Shown here in pieces: positions 8,251-18,255 of a stretch of 46,189 nt of DNA; within the stretch, counting starts at the first letter, position 1, and each line of letters starts with the position of its first letter. Below the pieces are notes generated by a model. That model was not told the origin of the DNA, ran no database searches, and saw only the letters and a list, made by a program, of their open reading frames with translations. Source of the DNA: an uncultured Pseudomonadales bacterium (GTDB taxonomy: Bacteria > Patescibacteriota > Microgenomatia > UBA1400 > PJMF01); the NCBI GenBank assembly GCA_964449995.1, contig CAYVBW010000003.1, positions 1 through 46,189 on the forward strand, in the 5' to 3' direction. A program made the position numbers and the translations under genes.

Positions 8251-9657
8251 ATGACAATTAAAAGCTTACGCGATAAACATTCTAGCCTGGTTTATAAAGA
8301 ATATCACTATCAAATTAACAAAAATCAGTTAGAAATTAGCTTCAAATTTTTGCTGAAGCCAAACATAACATTCGAACCCTTACTGATAATTGAAAATATC
8401 GACCAGGCAAAACTTGAGGCAATTCCAAAACCAATTCTAGAAAACTTAATTTTTCATCTAGGACTAGCAGAATTACCCAGTTACTGGAAATGTGCTTGCC
8501 CAAATACTATCAAAATCGAAGCCGGATCCCTTAACTCTGATCAGATTGCCTGGTGGAAAAGCTTATTCAAACATGGACTAGGAGAATTTTATTACATTAA
8601 TAAAATTGATTTTACTGAAAAAAAATTCCTGGATATCGAAGCTCTCCCTCAAGAAGAGAAGCTGCAAAACATTAATAGTCCACCAGAGTCTCATTTTCAA
8701 AAACCCTACTTACTACCAATCGGTGGAGGCAAAGATTCCGGATTAGCTTTGAGCCTCTTTGATCAACACCAGCTTAATTATGGCTGTATGGTGTTACATC
8801 CAGCCTCTCCTGCTGCTCCAGCATTAATACAAGCCAGTCGCAGCCAAGAAACAATCAATATCCAGCGCACCATTGACCCGATTTTGTTAAAACTGAATGA
8901 CCAAGGCTACTTGAACGGACACACTCCCTTTAGTGCCTATTTAGCCTTCCTTAACACCCTGATCGCCTATATTTTTGGCTATCAGCAAATACTAATAGCC
9001 AATGAAAGCTCTGCTAATCAAGCCAACTTGGAGTATAAAGACTTAAAAATAAATCACCAGTACTCCAAAAGCTTTAACTTTGAACAAAAGTTTCGCTCTT
9101 ATAGCCAAGATTATTTACACACCAGTAAAAAACAGGCTGAGTACCTGTCTTTCTTGAGGCCCTTAAATGAACTACAAATTTCCCAATTATTTAGCCAATA
9201 CAGCAAGTTTTTGCCTATTTTCAAAAGTTGTAATGTTGGGCAGAAGCAAAACCAATGGTGTCATCGCTGTTCGAAATGCCTATTTGTTTACATGATGCTC
9301 TACCCCTTTGTTGATAAAGCTACTCTAACTAACCAGATATTTGATCACGATCTTTATTCTGATGAAGAGCTATTTTCCACCGCCTCTAGCTTAGTGGGGT
9401 TAAGTGATCACAAACCCTTGGAGTGTGTTGGCACAGAGCTGGAAGCAATCGCTGCCTGTTTGTTGGCAATAAAAAAACATGAAAAACAAAGTCAAGAACT
9501 GCCCATCCTGCTTAAAAAAATTCAAAATCAAGTATTGAATAAATTTGACCCAGAAGAAATTAGCGACCTTCCTTACAAAATGCTTTCAGGTTGGGACTAT
9601 AATAATTTCTTAGATCGCAAGCTGGGAAAAATTATTAAATCAGCACTTAAAAACTAA
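8251..9657 (+). CDS. murL: UDP-MurNAc-L-Ala-L-Glu epimerase (MurL family)
   Basis: SYWK, GGGKDS, GYLNGHTPFSA, NHQYSKS, SFLRPL, KSCN..WCHRCSKC, KPLECVG motifs; adjacent to a MurD-type ligase. Confidence 0.85.
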   Translation: MTIKSLRDKHSSLVYKEYHYQINKNQLEISFKFLLKPNITFEPLLIIENIDQAKLEAIPKPILENLIFHLGLAELPSYWKCACPNTIKIEAGSLNSDQIAWWKSLFKHGLGEFYYINKIDFTEKKFLDIEALPQEEKLQNINSPPESHFQKPYLLPIGGGKDSGLALSLFDQHQLNYGCMVLHPASPAAPALIQASRSQETINIQRTIDPILLKLNDQGYLNGHTPFSAYLAFLNTLIAYIFGYQQILIANESSANQANLEYKDLKINHQYSKSFNFEQKFRSYSQDYLHTSKKQAEYLSFLRPLNELQISQLFSQYSKFLPIFKSCNVGQKQNQWCHRCSKCLFVYMMLYPFVDKATLTNQIFDHDLYSDEELFSTASSLVGLSDHKPLECVGTELEAIAACLLAIKKHEKQSQELPILLKKIQNQVLNKFDPEEISDLPYKMLSGWDYNNFLDRKLGKIIKSALKN

Positions 9658-9667
9658 AGTTTTTAAA

Positions 9668-11170
9668 ATGAAAATACCTCAAGAAATTATTGATCGACTT
9701 AATAATAAAAGCATTTGTATCTTAGGGCTTGGTCGAGAAGGATTATCTACTTACCGGTTATTGCGCAAAATTCTACCAGATTTTAACCTGACACTGGCCG
9801 ATGCTAGCCCGCACGAAAAGCTAAGTGATGATATTAAGAAACTAATCTCAACTGATGACAACATCAAGCTAAGCTTAGAAGAAAATTATCTTGAAAACAT
9901 TGAGCAATACGAGATTATTTTCAAAACCCCAGGCATTCCGCTGTCAACTCCACAGATACAACAAGCGCTTAAAACAAACACCCAAATTAGCTCTAATCTT
10001 CAACTATTTTTAGAAATAATTGAGTTATTTAAGCAAGAAAATGATCCATATGATGTCAAGCTTAATAACTACAAATCAGGTTTATTAAAACCAATCACTA
10101 TTGGTGTCACCGGTACCAAAGGTAAAAGCACCACTGCTGCTGTTATACATCAAGTATTGGCCCACAACAACTCTGAATCTATACTGGTGGGAAATATTGG
10201 CCAACCTGCCCTTGATTATATTGATCAAATCACAGCAAAAACCAAAATAGTAATTGAATTATCCTCACACCAATTGGATCAATTAACAATCAGTCCTGAT
10301 ATTGCAATTATCCAAGAAGTTAAGTCTGAACATTTAGACTACTTTCCCGACCAAAAAGCTTATGTTAACTCTAAAAAAAGTATCACTAGGTATCAAAAGG
10401 CTAATCAGTATGTAATATATAATCAAAAATGGAAGCTAACTAGTGAAATTGCTACTCTCTCCCCTGGTAAAAAGCTTTATTTTCAATTAAACCAACCAAC
10501 AAATGAATATAAAAATGATATATTAGTTTATCTTAAATCATATTACTTAACCTATAATGATATTAACAAAGAAATTCCTGTAATCAAAACAGATGACGTC
10601 CCTATTTTAGGAAAACATAATCTATTAAATGTCGCTCCAGCTATCATCGTTGGCAAAATGTTTGGATTAAGTTTCCAGCAAATTGCTGCTGGGATTAAAA
10701 AGTTCAAACCATTACCTCACCGTTTAGAAAAAATTGCCACTAAAAACGGCATTTCTTATATCAATGACTCGATGGCAACCATGCCAGACGCCGCAATTTC
10801 GGCTCTTTCTTGTTTTGATGAACAACCAATCATCTTACTGGCCGGCGGGCATGAGCGACAACAAGACTTTCAACCCTTTGCTGAAAAAATTATTCAATCA
10901 AAAGTTAAAGCCATTGCTCTATTCCCGCCAAACGGACAACGGTTGTGGAATGAAATTATCCAAAAACAACAAAACTTAAAAATTAAAAACAAAATCCAAC
11001 ACAAAATAGTACACTCCATGGAAGAAGCTTTGGAGTTTGCCCAACAGCACGCTCAAGCCGGTGATGTAGTTTTGCTAGCTCCGGGTGCTGCCAGCTTTGG
11101 GGTATTTAAAAACTATGCTGACAGAGGGGAACAATTTCGGGATGCTGTGTCCGGTGTCTGTGGTATTTAG
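9668..11170 (+). CDS. murD: MurD-type ligase, probably MurD2 (L-Glu-adding) given the adjacent murL
   Basis: LGLGREG, KTPGI, GVTGTKGKSTT, GNIG, ELSSHQL, HLDY, LPHRLE, NDSMAT, LLAPGAASFG.FKNYADRG motifs. Confidence 0.92.
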   Translation: MKIPQEIIDRLNNKSICILGLGREGLSTYRLLRKILPDFNLTLADASPHEKLSDDIKKLISTDDNIKLSLEENYLENIEQYEIIFKTPGIPLSTPQIQQALKTNTQISSNLQLFLEIIELFKQENDPYDVKLNNYKSGLLKPITIGVTGTKGKSTTAAVIHQVLAHNNSESILVGNIGQPALDYIDQITAKTKIVIELSSHQLDQLTISPDIAIIQEVKSEHLDYFPDQKAYVNSKKSITRYQKANQYVIYNQKWKLTSEIATLSPGKKLYFQLNQPTNEYKNDILVYLKSYYLTYNDINKEIPVIKTDDVPILGKHNLLNVAPAIIVGKMFGLSFQQIAAGIKKFKPLPHRLEKIATKNGISYINDSMATMPDAAISALSCFDEQPIILLAGGHERQQDFQPFAEKIIQSKVKAIALFPPNGQRLWNEIIQKQQNLKIKNKIQHKIVHSMEEALEFAQQHAQAGDVVLLAPGAASFGVFKNYADRGEQFRDAVSGVCGI

Positions 11171-11187
11171 TATTTGGTATTTGGTAT
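11160..11187 (+). repeat. Heptamer-array element, copy 5 (array only; supplies the murD C-terminus and stop)
   Basis: GTGGTATTTAGTATTTGGTATTTGGTAT; murD ends TGT GGT ATT TAG. Confidence 0.85.
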
Positions 11188-11211
11188 CGGCTGCTGCAAA
11201 CCAGACAATTT

Positions 11212-12222
11212 TTAGATACTTTCCCTGAACTCATCTAAGTGGTCTAAAATTGTCCCTACTCCCCTAATCACACTAGTCTCTGGATCGTCCACTAAACAAA
11301 CAGGCACATCCAGCTTATCAGTTAAAAAAGACTCCAATCCACTAATCTGAGCCAGACCACCTGACAACAATAAACCCTTATCAACAATGTCAACTACCAA
11401 ACTTGGAGGAATATCAGCCAACATCTTTTTGACCAAACCGACATAATGATTACCATACCCAACTATAATCTCCTCAATTTCCTGAACACCTATTGTCAAC
11501 TCTCTTAAAGAACCACTTTTAGTATCTAAACCCGATACCTCTAACTGAGAATCTTCTTTTATTGCGAAATTGCCCAATTGCTGCTGTACATTCTGAGCAA
11601 TTTCAAAACTAATCTTGAGTTGCTTATGATCCTTGAACCAATAAACCAATTCATAACACATGTCATTTCCAGCTTGATTAGAAGCACATGTTTTTACAAT
11701 CTTACTCATTGACAAGCTTGTTGCCTCAACAACACTAGCTCCCATTTGCAAAATAAAGGTACCAGAAGCATCTGCCGTAGGGACTCCAGCTCCAATAGCA
11801 GCTGCTAAAGTTTGGTCAACAATTAAAACTTCACTCGCTCCTAATTCTGTTAAAACATCTACTACTACTTCCCTCATTACTGGGTAGGTATTACTAGGTA
11901 AGGCAACTAGCATGGTGGGACTAAAAAAATAAGTCTCCTGACTGGCTTGACGAAAAAAAACTTTTAACATAGCTCTCAGCAAAGCATCATCAATAATTTT
12001 TGGATATTGAATTGGTTCAAAAACCTTAGTTTGCTCCCCTACTCTTCCCTGCATTGCTTGAGCTGGCTGACCCACAGCCATAACCTTATTATTCTTTTGA
12101 TTGACCGCAATTAAACTTGGTTCGTCTACAACCAGCCCATGATTTTGAATCCAGATCCTGGTTCTGGCGGAACCTAAATCTATCCCTACTCTTCGATTTA
12201 ATCTGTTAAATAATTTGCGCAT
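11212..12222 (-). CDS. Divergent MreB/Mbl-family actin-like protein
   Basis: GIDLGS, DEPSLIA, AAAIGAG, PP.L..DI.DKGLLLSGG, DDPETSVIRG motifs; catalytic motifs are degenerate. Confidence 0.88.
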   Translation of the reverse strand: MRKLFNRLNRRVGIDLGSARTRIWIQNHGLVVDEPSLIAVNQKNNKVMAVGQPAQAMQGRVGEQTKVFEPIQYPKIIDDALLRAMLKVFFRQASQETYFFSPTMLVALPSNTYPVMREVVVDVLTELGASEVLIVDQTLAAAIGAGVPTADASGTFILQMGASVVEATSLSMSKIVKTCASNQAGNDMCYELVYWFKDHKQLKISFEIAQNVQQQLGNFAIKEDSQLEVSGLDTKSGSLRELTIGVQEIEEIIVGYGNHYVGLVKKMLADIPPSLVVDIVDKGLLLSGGLAQISGLESFLTDKLDVPVCLVDDPETSVIRGVGTILDHLDEFRESI

Positions 12223-12223
12223 T

Positions 12224-12346
12224 GTGGTATTTGTATCGTGGTATTTGGTATGTGGTATTTGGTATTTGGTATTTGGTATGGCCGAGTGGTGGATTAAAGC
12301 AGTTAAGTTTTAAATTTTAAATAGCTTCGATACCAAATACCTACCA
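12224..12346 (+). repeat. Heptamer-array element, copy 6, plus a downstream inverted arm
   Basis: About 8 units + GGCCGAGTGGTGG...AGTTTTAAA (to 12314). ATACCAAATACCTACCA at 12330-12346 is complementary to the array. Confidence 0.88.
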
Positions 12347-12365
12347 TCTTTGATATAATTCTACC

Positions 12366-13802
12366 ATGGATTTAAAAAGGAAACTCTCCGGCTCTACCAG
12401 AAGCAAAAACAGAACCAGAAAAGCTAAAACAGCTCAGCAAATTACTAAAAGTCCTGGTATTTTTTCTTATAATGGAGCAGGCGTTGTCTTTACTCTTTTA
12501 TCAGCAGTCATCATCATTGCTGGCTCTTATTTAGCAATCCAATATGCTCGTGGAAATTATCGGTTTGATAGAGATGGAATCTTAGTAGAATCAGGATTAC
12601 TCAGCGCAAACTCCTTTCCTACCGGAGCCCAAGTTTTCATTGACGATGAGCTAACAACAGCTACTGACAACACCTTGTATTTAAAACCAGGAGAATATCA
12701 GATTAAAATTGTTAAAGAAGGATATTCCCCTTGGCAAAAAACTCTGCAAATAGAAAAAGAGCTAGTCGCCCAAACCAATGCCCGACTCTTTCCGATCGCT
12801 CCAACTTTAACTCCGCTCACTTTTACTGGAGCAGAAAATATTCTACCTTCACCTGATGGGAGAAAAATTGTTTATTATACTGCCTCAGCCAGCACACAAG
12901 CTAAAAATGGGCTGTATGTTTTGGAGTTGACTGACAGCTTCATGCCTTTTCAAAGATCGTCAAGACAAATCGCTGAAGATGTGCCACTCTACAACTTAGC
13001 TGAAGCCCTGTTGATTTGGTCTCCTGACAGCACCCAACTAATGGTTCTCTCCGAACTAAAACAAGTATTAATAGAGGTTAATCAAAGGAACAGTTTGCAA
13101 AGTCTGCCAGACATTAGTTTCCGGCGCAGTCAAATTCTTTCTGAATGGGAAGAAGAAATTTATCTTCGAGAAAGACAATATTTGGCAGAATTTCCTGAAG
13201 AAATCTTAACAATAGCCACCGAGTCTGCAAAAAACGTATATATCGCACCTGATAAAAAGAAACTGCTTTACACAGCCACAAACAGTGCCACCTTAGCCGA
13301 GGGTATAGTGCCCCCTCTCCCCTCATCTAGTACTCAACCAGAAAACAGAAATATTAGCTCTGGTAAAATTTATGTTTATGATCAAGAGGAAGACAAAAAT
13401 TTTGAGATCTCAATTACAACTAGTGAAGATGAATCAATAATTAAGGGATTGTTAGCTGATGATGCTCTAGCAAAAGAGCCCAGAAACCTACTCACCCAGC
13501 CAAGCGAGTTCACAAGACTTCAAGCTGAAACAATTTCACAAACTGCTCTTAATTTTAATATTTATTATAGTTCATTACTTATTAATACTCTTCAGTGGTT
13601 GCCAGATTCCAATCATCTAATGTTTGCTAGCAATAGTCATATTAGAATCATTGAGTACGATGGCACTAATAACATAACTATTTATTCAGGCCCCTTTGCT
13701 AAAAATTTTATCTACCCTTGGCCTGACGGCAGTCGACTGATTATTTTAACCTCATTTAGTCCAGATTCTCCTAAAAATCTTTATTCTATTGAGTTAAAGT
13801 AG
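12366..13802 (+). CDS. Membrane-anchored PEGA-domain protein with a probable beta-propeller-like C-terminal region
   Basis: N-terminal TM; SANSFPTGAQVFID...LKPGEYQIKIVKEGYSPW (PEGA); repeated SPDG/WSPDS/WPDG motifs. Confidence 0.85.
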   Translation: MDLKRKLSGSTRSKNRTRKAKTAQQITKSPGIFSYNGAGVVFTLLSAVIIIAGSYLAIQYARGNYRFDRDGILVESGLLSANSFPTGAQVFIDDELTTATDNTLYLKPGEYQIKIVKEGYSPWQKTLQIEKELVAQTNARLFPIAPTLTPLTFTGAENILPSPDGRKIVYYTASASTQAKNGLYVLELTDSFMPFQRSSRQIAEDVPLYNLAEALLIWSPDSTQLMVLSELKQVLIEVNQRNSLQSLPDISFRRSQILSEWEEEIYLRERQYLAEFPEEILTIATESAKNVYIAPDKKKLLYTATNSATLAEGIVPPLPSSSTQPENRNISSGKIYVYDQEEDKNFEISITTSEDESIIKGLLADDALAKEPRNLLTQPSEFTRLQAETISQTALNFNIYYSSLLINTLQWLPDSNHLMFASNSHIRIIEYDGTNNITIYSGPFAKNFIYPWPDGSRLIILTSFSPDSPKNLYSIELK

Positions 13803-13806
13803 TGAC

Positions 13807-13852
13807 TATTTGGTATAGCCCAGTGGTGGGTCAAAACAACTCAGTTTTTAAA
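13807..13852 (+). repeat. Heptamer-array element, copy 7 (short array)
   Basis: TATTTGGTATAGCCCAGTGGTGGGTCAAAACAACTCAGTTTTTAAA, 4 nt after a TAG stop. Confidence 0.88.
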
Positions 13853-13894
13853 TGGGAAACTTGGTAAGAAGTTTAAAAGAAATCTACAAAGACA

Positions 13895-13968
13895 CGGAGT
13901 GTAGCTCAGATGGCTAGAGTGCGCGCTTCGGATGCGCGAGGTCGCAGGTTCAAGTCCTGTCACTCCGA
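13895..13968 (+). tRNA. tRNA-Pro(CGG)
   Basis: Acceptor stem CGGAGTG/CACTCCG; anticodon arm CGCGC-TTCGGAT-GCGCG; T-loop GGTTCAAGTCC; CCA not encoded. Confidence 0.96.
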
Positions 13969-14207
13969 CATAAAATTGAAAAGTTAAAAATTACTATCGA
14001 GTAAACCAACTTTCTTCAAGCTTGATTTTCCCTCTAAATTAGAATAAAATAATATTATAGGATAGTTTGTCTTAACAGACAGATTTTTCTAGTTGATTTC
14101 TGAGTAAAAAATGCCACTAGCGGCATCTTTTTGCTCTTAAATCGTACCTTAACAGCAGCAGGGACTTGATTTTGCAAGAGCTTTTTGTTTCACAAAGGAG
14201 GAAAGAG

Positions 14208-14450
14208 GTGAAGAAGCACAAGGATACTTTTGGAGTAATTGTGATTTGCTTGTTTGTGGCAGCAATAATCTTTAGCTGCCTCGCAGATCCAAAATCCGAA
14301 AAGTACACGGTCCAAGGAGGCGACAGTCACTGGAAAATCGCTCGCGATCATTGTATGGTCTGGAGCGAGTACGAAGAGATGAACTACGGTTCTATCTCTG
14401 ACATACTCCAACCAGGCACAGAAGTTTGGGTGAAGAATCGATGTCGCTAA
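14208..14450 (+). CDS. Small secreted or membrane-anchored LysM-domain protein (about 80 aa)
   Basis: GTG start after AAAGGAGG (the ORF track starts at 14166). Hydrophobic N-terminus, then KYTVQGGDSHWKIA...N...ILQPGTEVWV. Confidence 0.8.
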   Translation: MKKHKDTFGVIVICLFVAAIIFSCLADPKSEKYTVQGGDSHWKIARDHCMVWSEYEEMNYGSISDILQPGTEVWVKNRCR

Positions 14451-14477
14451 AACCGATATCGCTAACCCAAAACTTCA

Positions 14478-14515
14478 GGCCGCGCGGCAATTTTGCCGCG
14501 CGGCCACCCATTTTT
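14478..14515 (+). terminator. GC-rich hairpin, probable terminator
   Basis: GGCCGCGCGGCAA-TT-TTGCCGCGCGGCC, a perfect inverted repeat followed by a T-run. Confidence 0.65.
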
Positions 14516-14614
14516 CCTCTAATCTAACACCTGCTGCTGTTCATCACTCCAACTACACTCTGAATATTCAAACCAACTATCAACTCATCTTGTATAATAA
14601 GCATTAAAAGCTAA

Positions 14615-14686
14615 GCCCTCATAGTTCAACGGATAGAACAAAGGTTTCCTAAACCTTCGATCCAGGTTCGATTCCTGGTGGGGGCA
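14615..14686 (+). tRNA. tRNA-Arg(CCT)
   Basis: Acceptor stem GCCCTCA/TGGGGGC; anticodon arm AAGGT-TTCCTAA-ACCTT; T-loop GGTTCGATTCC; TATAAT at 14593. Confidence 0.96.
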
Positions 14687-14816
14687 CAGTTCTTGTCTTA
14701 TAGCTCAATCTCTTCAACCAAACACAAAGTGTAAGCAGCTATCAATTGCTTATTTAGTTACTCATAAATTTCCAGTTAATTTTAAAAAACAGATAATTGC
14801 TATATAATAAGATATT

Positions 14817-15647
14817 ATGATACAAAAAGAGCGAGAAATAAAACCTCCTGGCCTATCTATCGAAAAAGTTGGTGAAACTAAAATATTAGTTCCAGAATAC
14901 CCCTCTGTTTTTTTTGAAGACGACTGGCAATTGATGCTAGACACCTTTACAAATTTTCTTTTTGAATTAGATTATCAAAGACGAAACCACAAGAAAAAAG
15001 GCCTATCATCCTCTCCAACAAGAACATTTGTGATTGGCCAAAAAATGTATTATTTGGTAGAAGATGTAAATGAAGGCGTAATTGGCGAGGTAAGATGCGC
15101 ACCCATAGTGTCAAAAACAAACACAATGCTGCCCGAACTTAAATATTCTAGAAAGGACCACTCCATTGAATTAGCTGCTGAGTTTGAACCTAGTGACTTA
15201 TTTTCTGGAACATTTAAAAGAGAAGAAATTTATTATCCGGATGAAGGGATCAAAAGTTTTGTTAAAAAAGATTTATCTCGGATAATAGAAGTTCCAAGAT
15301 TGGGCTTAGATCTTCCCATACCAAACGCCAATGACTTTGACCACATTCATTTAGCATATTATTATGATCTTGAGGAAGATGATGAGTTACCGGCAGAAAT
15401 ATCTTTGCATATGAGAAATAAGCCTTTAAAACCCGATTTAGATAATGTAAACGAAGAAGGCGAATTAATTGGCGAAAGTAATTGGCTAGATGACATCTAC
15501 GTTTTTAGAGATATTGAATTAGTAGATGGTCGCATCTTGATTCGATTAGACAATAATACTGAGGTTCCCTCCCTTGTCCAGGAACTAATAAGATTGCTCA
15601 CAAATCGTACTACGGGAAAAGATTTAAGATTCGAAGCTAATGGCTAA
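14817..15647 (+). CDS. Hypothetical acidic protein (276 aa)
   Basis: Long ORF with TATAAT 8 nt upstream; no motif recognised. Confidence 0.75.
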   Translation: MIQKEREIKPPGLSIEKVGETKILVPEYPSVFFEDDWQLMLDTFTNFLFELDYQRRNHKKKGLSSSPTRTFVIGQKMYYLVEDVNEGVIGEVRCAPIVSKTNTMLPELKYSRKDHSIELAAEFEPSDLFSGTFKREEIYYPDEGIKSFVKKDLSRIIEVPRLGLDLPIPNANDFDHIHLAYYYDLEEDDELPAEISLHMRNKPLKPDLDNVNEEGELIGESNWLDDIYVFRDIELVDGRILIRLDNNTEVPSLVQELIRLLTNRTTGKDLRFEANG

Positions 15648-15678
15648 TTAAAGTTAAATTGTAATAATCTAGCTATCC

Positions 15679-16149
15679 TTAATCCCTCTCATGGGCAGCA
15701 TACACCAAATCACCCATAGGCCAATCATAATCAAATAATTCTTCCTTCCCAAAAACAATATGAATTTCATTCTCAGCTGCCTCTTCTTCCGAAGAAGCAT
15801 GAATTAGATTGAGTTGTTGACTCATGCCAAAATCTCCCCTAATAGAACCTGCTTCTGCCTCTCGACCCAAAGTTGTACCAACCAACTTACGAACTACAGA
15901 CACAGCATCAATCCCCTCCCAAACCATAGCCACAATTGGCTGAGAACCCATAAACTCTTTTAATTCTGTAAAAAAATCTTTCTCACGGTGTTCAGCATAC
16001 CAGCGGTTAAGCATGTCCTCGTTCATAACAGTCATTTTCATACCCACCAATTTCAAACCTTTTTTTTCAAAACGGCTAATTATTTCTCCAATAAGGCCTC
16101 GCTGTAGGCCATCTGGTTTGACTAAAACTGCTGTACGTGTTGGTTTCAT
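15679..16149 (-). CDS. ndk: Nucleoside-diphosphate kinase
   Basis: VKPDGLQRGLIGEIISRFEKKG, GSIRGDFG and NLIHAS motifs. Confidence 0.97.
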   Translation of the reverse strand: MKPTRTAVLVKPDGLQRGLIGEIISRFEKKGLKLVGMKMTVMNEDMLNRWYAEHREKDFFTELKEFMGSQPIVAMVWEGIDAVSVVRKLVGTTLGREAEAGSIRGDFGMSQQLNLIHASSEEEAAENEIHIVFGKEELFDYDWPMGDLVYAAHERD

Positions 16150-16223
16150 CTTTAGATTAGTAGTTTATAAAAGTATTACTGCAACCTCTAGTATATCAAA
16201 TACCATGTATAAAATACTAGAGA

Positions 16224-17489
16224 CTAACTACCTATTCTAGCTACCCGCACCTCATTTTTCTGAATAATCTTCCCAGCCAATTGATTTACTTGTTTAACAC
16301 TAACTTTTCTAATGCCTTTAATCATTTCATCAGGTTGCTCGATTCTATTTAACAAAATCCTACTTAAACCATGCTGTTGAGCCACTAATCTAGAATTCTC
16401 CAAACTCAATAAAATTTTTCCAATCAAATACTCTTGAGCTCTTTGTAATTCTTCTGCTGTAACCGGTTCACTGCCACCAGCGATTTTTTCGCATTCATTG
16501 ATGATGAGCTCAATGCCCTCATCAGATCGATCCTTGTTAAGGCCAGCGCTCGTTTCTAAAATTCCGCCATCGTGGTATTGACTTACATCAGTATAAATAT
16601 AATAAGCCAAACTGGATTGCTCCCTCACCACATGGAACAAACGGGAGCTGCGATTACCACCTAAAACTGTTGACAATACTGTCAGAACATAACGCTGTGG
16701 ATCATCTCTCTTTAATGCCGGCCAACCTAAAACCACATGAGTTTGTTCTGTGTCTCGTTTATATTGCATCTGTTTCTTTTTTGAGATCGGATTGTCGGTT
16801 AGAAAATCTGCTCTTTTTTGATCGTGACTGTTCTCTCTCCCCTCTGGTTGACTATCAAAAATCTTTTCAATTTTATTAAAAAAATCTTCTCCGTTTAGGC
16901 AGTCTGCATCTCCTGCTAAAACTAAAACCATATTCTCCAAACCATACCATTCCTGAAGAAAGAGTGTTAATTTTTTAGAATTCAGTGCGGCCACACTTGA
17001 TAAACTACCAGCAATAAAATGCTCCAAACCTGTTCCTTGAAAAACCATCTGTTCGAATTTATCAGAAATAAAATCATCAGGAGAATCATGAATCATTCTA
17101 ATTTCCTCAGCTACAACTTGTTTTTCTTGTTCAATATCTTTTTCTCTTAGTAAAGGATGAAAGATCAACTCTTTTAAAATATTGAGGCAAAAAAATAAGT
17201 GGCTGCTTGCTGCAGTTACATAGTAGCCAGTGCTTTCTTTACTGGTAAAAGCATTAGAAATTGCGCCGATTCCATCTAAAGCAATTGACAAATCCAGGCT
17301 ATTTGGATACTGTTTTGTCCCCTTAAAAATCAAGTGTTCTAACAAGTGAGCAGAACCTTGAAAAGCATCTGTTTCAAACCTAGAGCCAGTGTTAACTAGC
17401 ATCATCGCAGTAACCGACTTTAATGCTGGCATAGGAACTGTGATAAGTTCCAAGCCATTATCTAAAACCTTATTTTTAATGTTAAACAT
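16224..17489 (-). CDS. M16 family zinc peptidase
   Basis: GSRFE...GSAHLLEHLIFKGT (HxxEH), NAFTSKEST, LGGNRSSRLF..VRE motifs. Confidence 0.95.
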   Translation of the reverse strand: MFNIKNKVLDNGLELITVPMPALKSVTAMMLVNTGSRFETDAFQGSAHLLEHLIFKGTKQYPNSLDLSIALDGIGAISNAFTSKESTGYYVTAASSHLFFCLNILKELIFHPLLREKDIEQEKQVVAEEIRMIHDSPDDFISDKFEQMVFQGTGLEHFIAGSLSSVAALNSKKLTLFLQEWYGLENMVLVLAGDADCLNGEDFFNKIEKIFDSQPEGRENSHDQKRADFLTDNPISKKKQMQYKRDTEQTHVVLGWPALKRDDPQRYVLTVLSTVLGGNRSSRLFHVVREQSSLAYYIYTDVSQYHDGGILETSAGLNKDRSDEGIELIINECEKIAGGSEPVTAEELQRAQEYLIGKILLSLENSRLVAQQHGLSRILLNRIEQPDEMIKGIRKVSVKQVNQLAGKIIQKNEVRVARIGS

Positions 17490-18255
17490 AGTTAAATTTT
17501 ACCACACTTGATCATTATATATTTTGATACTATAAAATATATTTTTATTAATAAAGATGGTTAAAATATAGAACTTAACCCGAATAAATTGCATAATATT
17601 ATTACTCAGTTTTTAAAAAAAATTTAATCTTAAAATCGTATTTACCAGATGAAAATCATGTATTCAAAAACGTTAAAAAAATGAAAAAAGTAATCTAAAA
17701 ATCTATAAAAGAACGCTCTTCTCTGGGATTACTTAACAAACAACAACCAAAAAGTAATTCTTTTTTGAATTTTAACTCAAATATTTAATTTAAAAAGTTT
17801 CTAAATGTATTTTCAAATTATTGTTTTTGAACACATTTTTTCTTGAGTAAAATAGAAAAATAAGGCCAAAATTAATAAATAAAAAAATTGGTACTTGCAA
17901 TGTGTTCGATTTAATGTCATATTATTTTTTAAGCCCTTTAACAACCAATGGTTCCTAAATTCACTAATTTTAGTGGACTTAACACTTTCTTCGGTTTTTG
18001 TTCATTTCTGCTATTTTCACCTATTTTTGCAATTAATATTTTTTTGCAAAAATAACAATAACAAAAACCAGCCACTGAATGTGATGGCGATTGTTTTTAA
18101 AAACTCAGTAACAATTACTAAATTTTTATATTTAAAAACGATCCACACTGCCCAATGTCACCCATCACTTCATTACTGGCAAAGCTTTTCTTCATGTTTT
18201 GTCTTAACTTTAATTTATAAACTAATATTTTTATATAGTTTTATATAGTTAAGCA

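Noticed and set aside
13895-15647. tRNA-anchored integrative island
   Set aside because: No integrase and no duplicated tRNA 3' end seen.
17895-18248. 117-aa ORF
   Set aside because: TTG start, F/L/N-rich translation of very AT-rich DNA, no motif.
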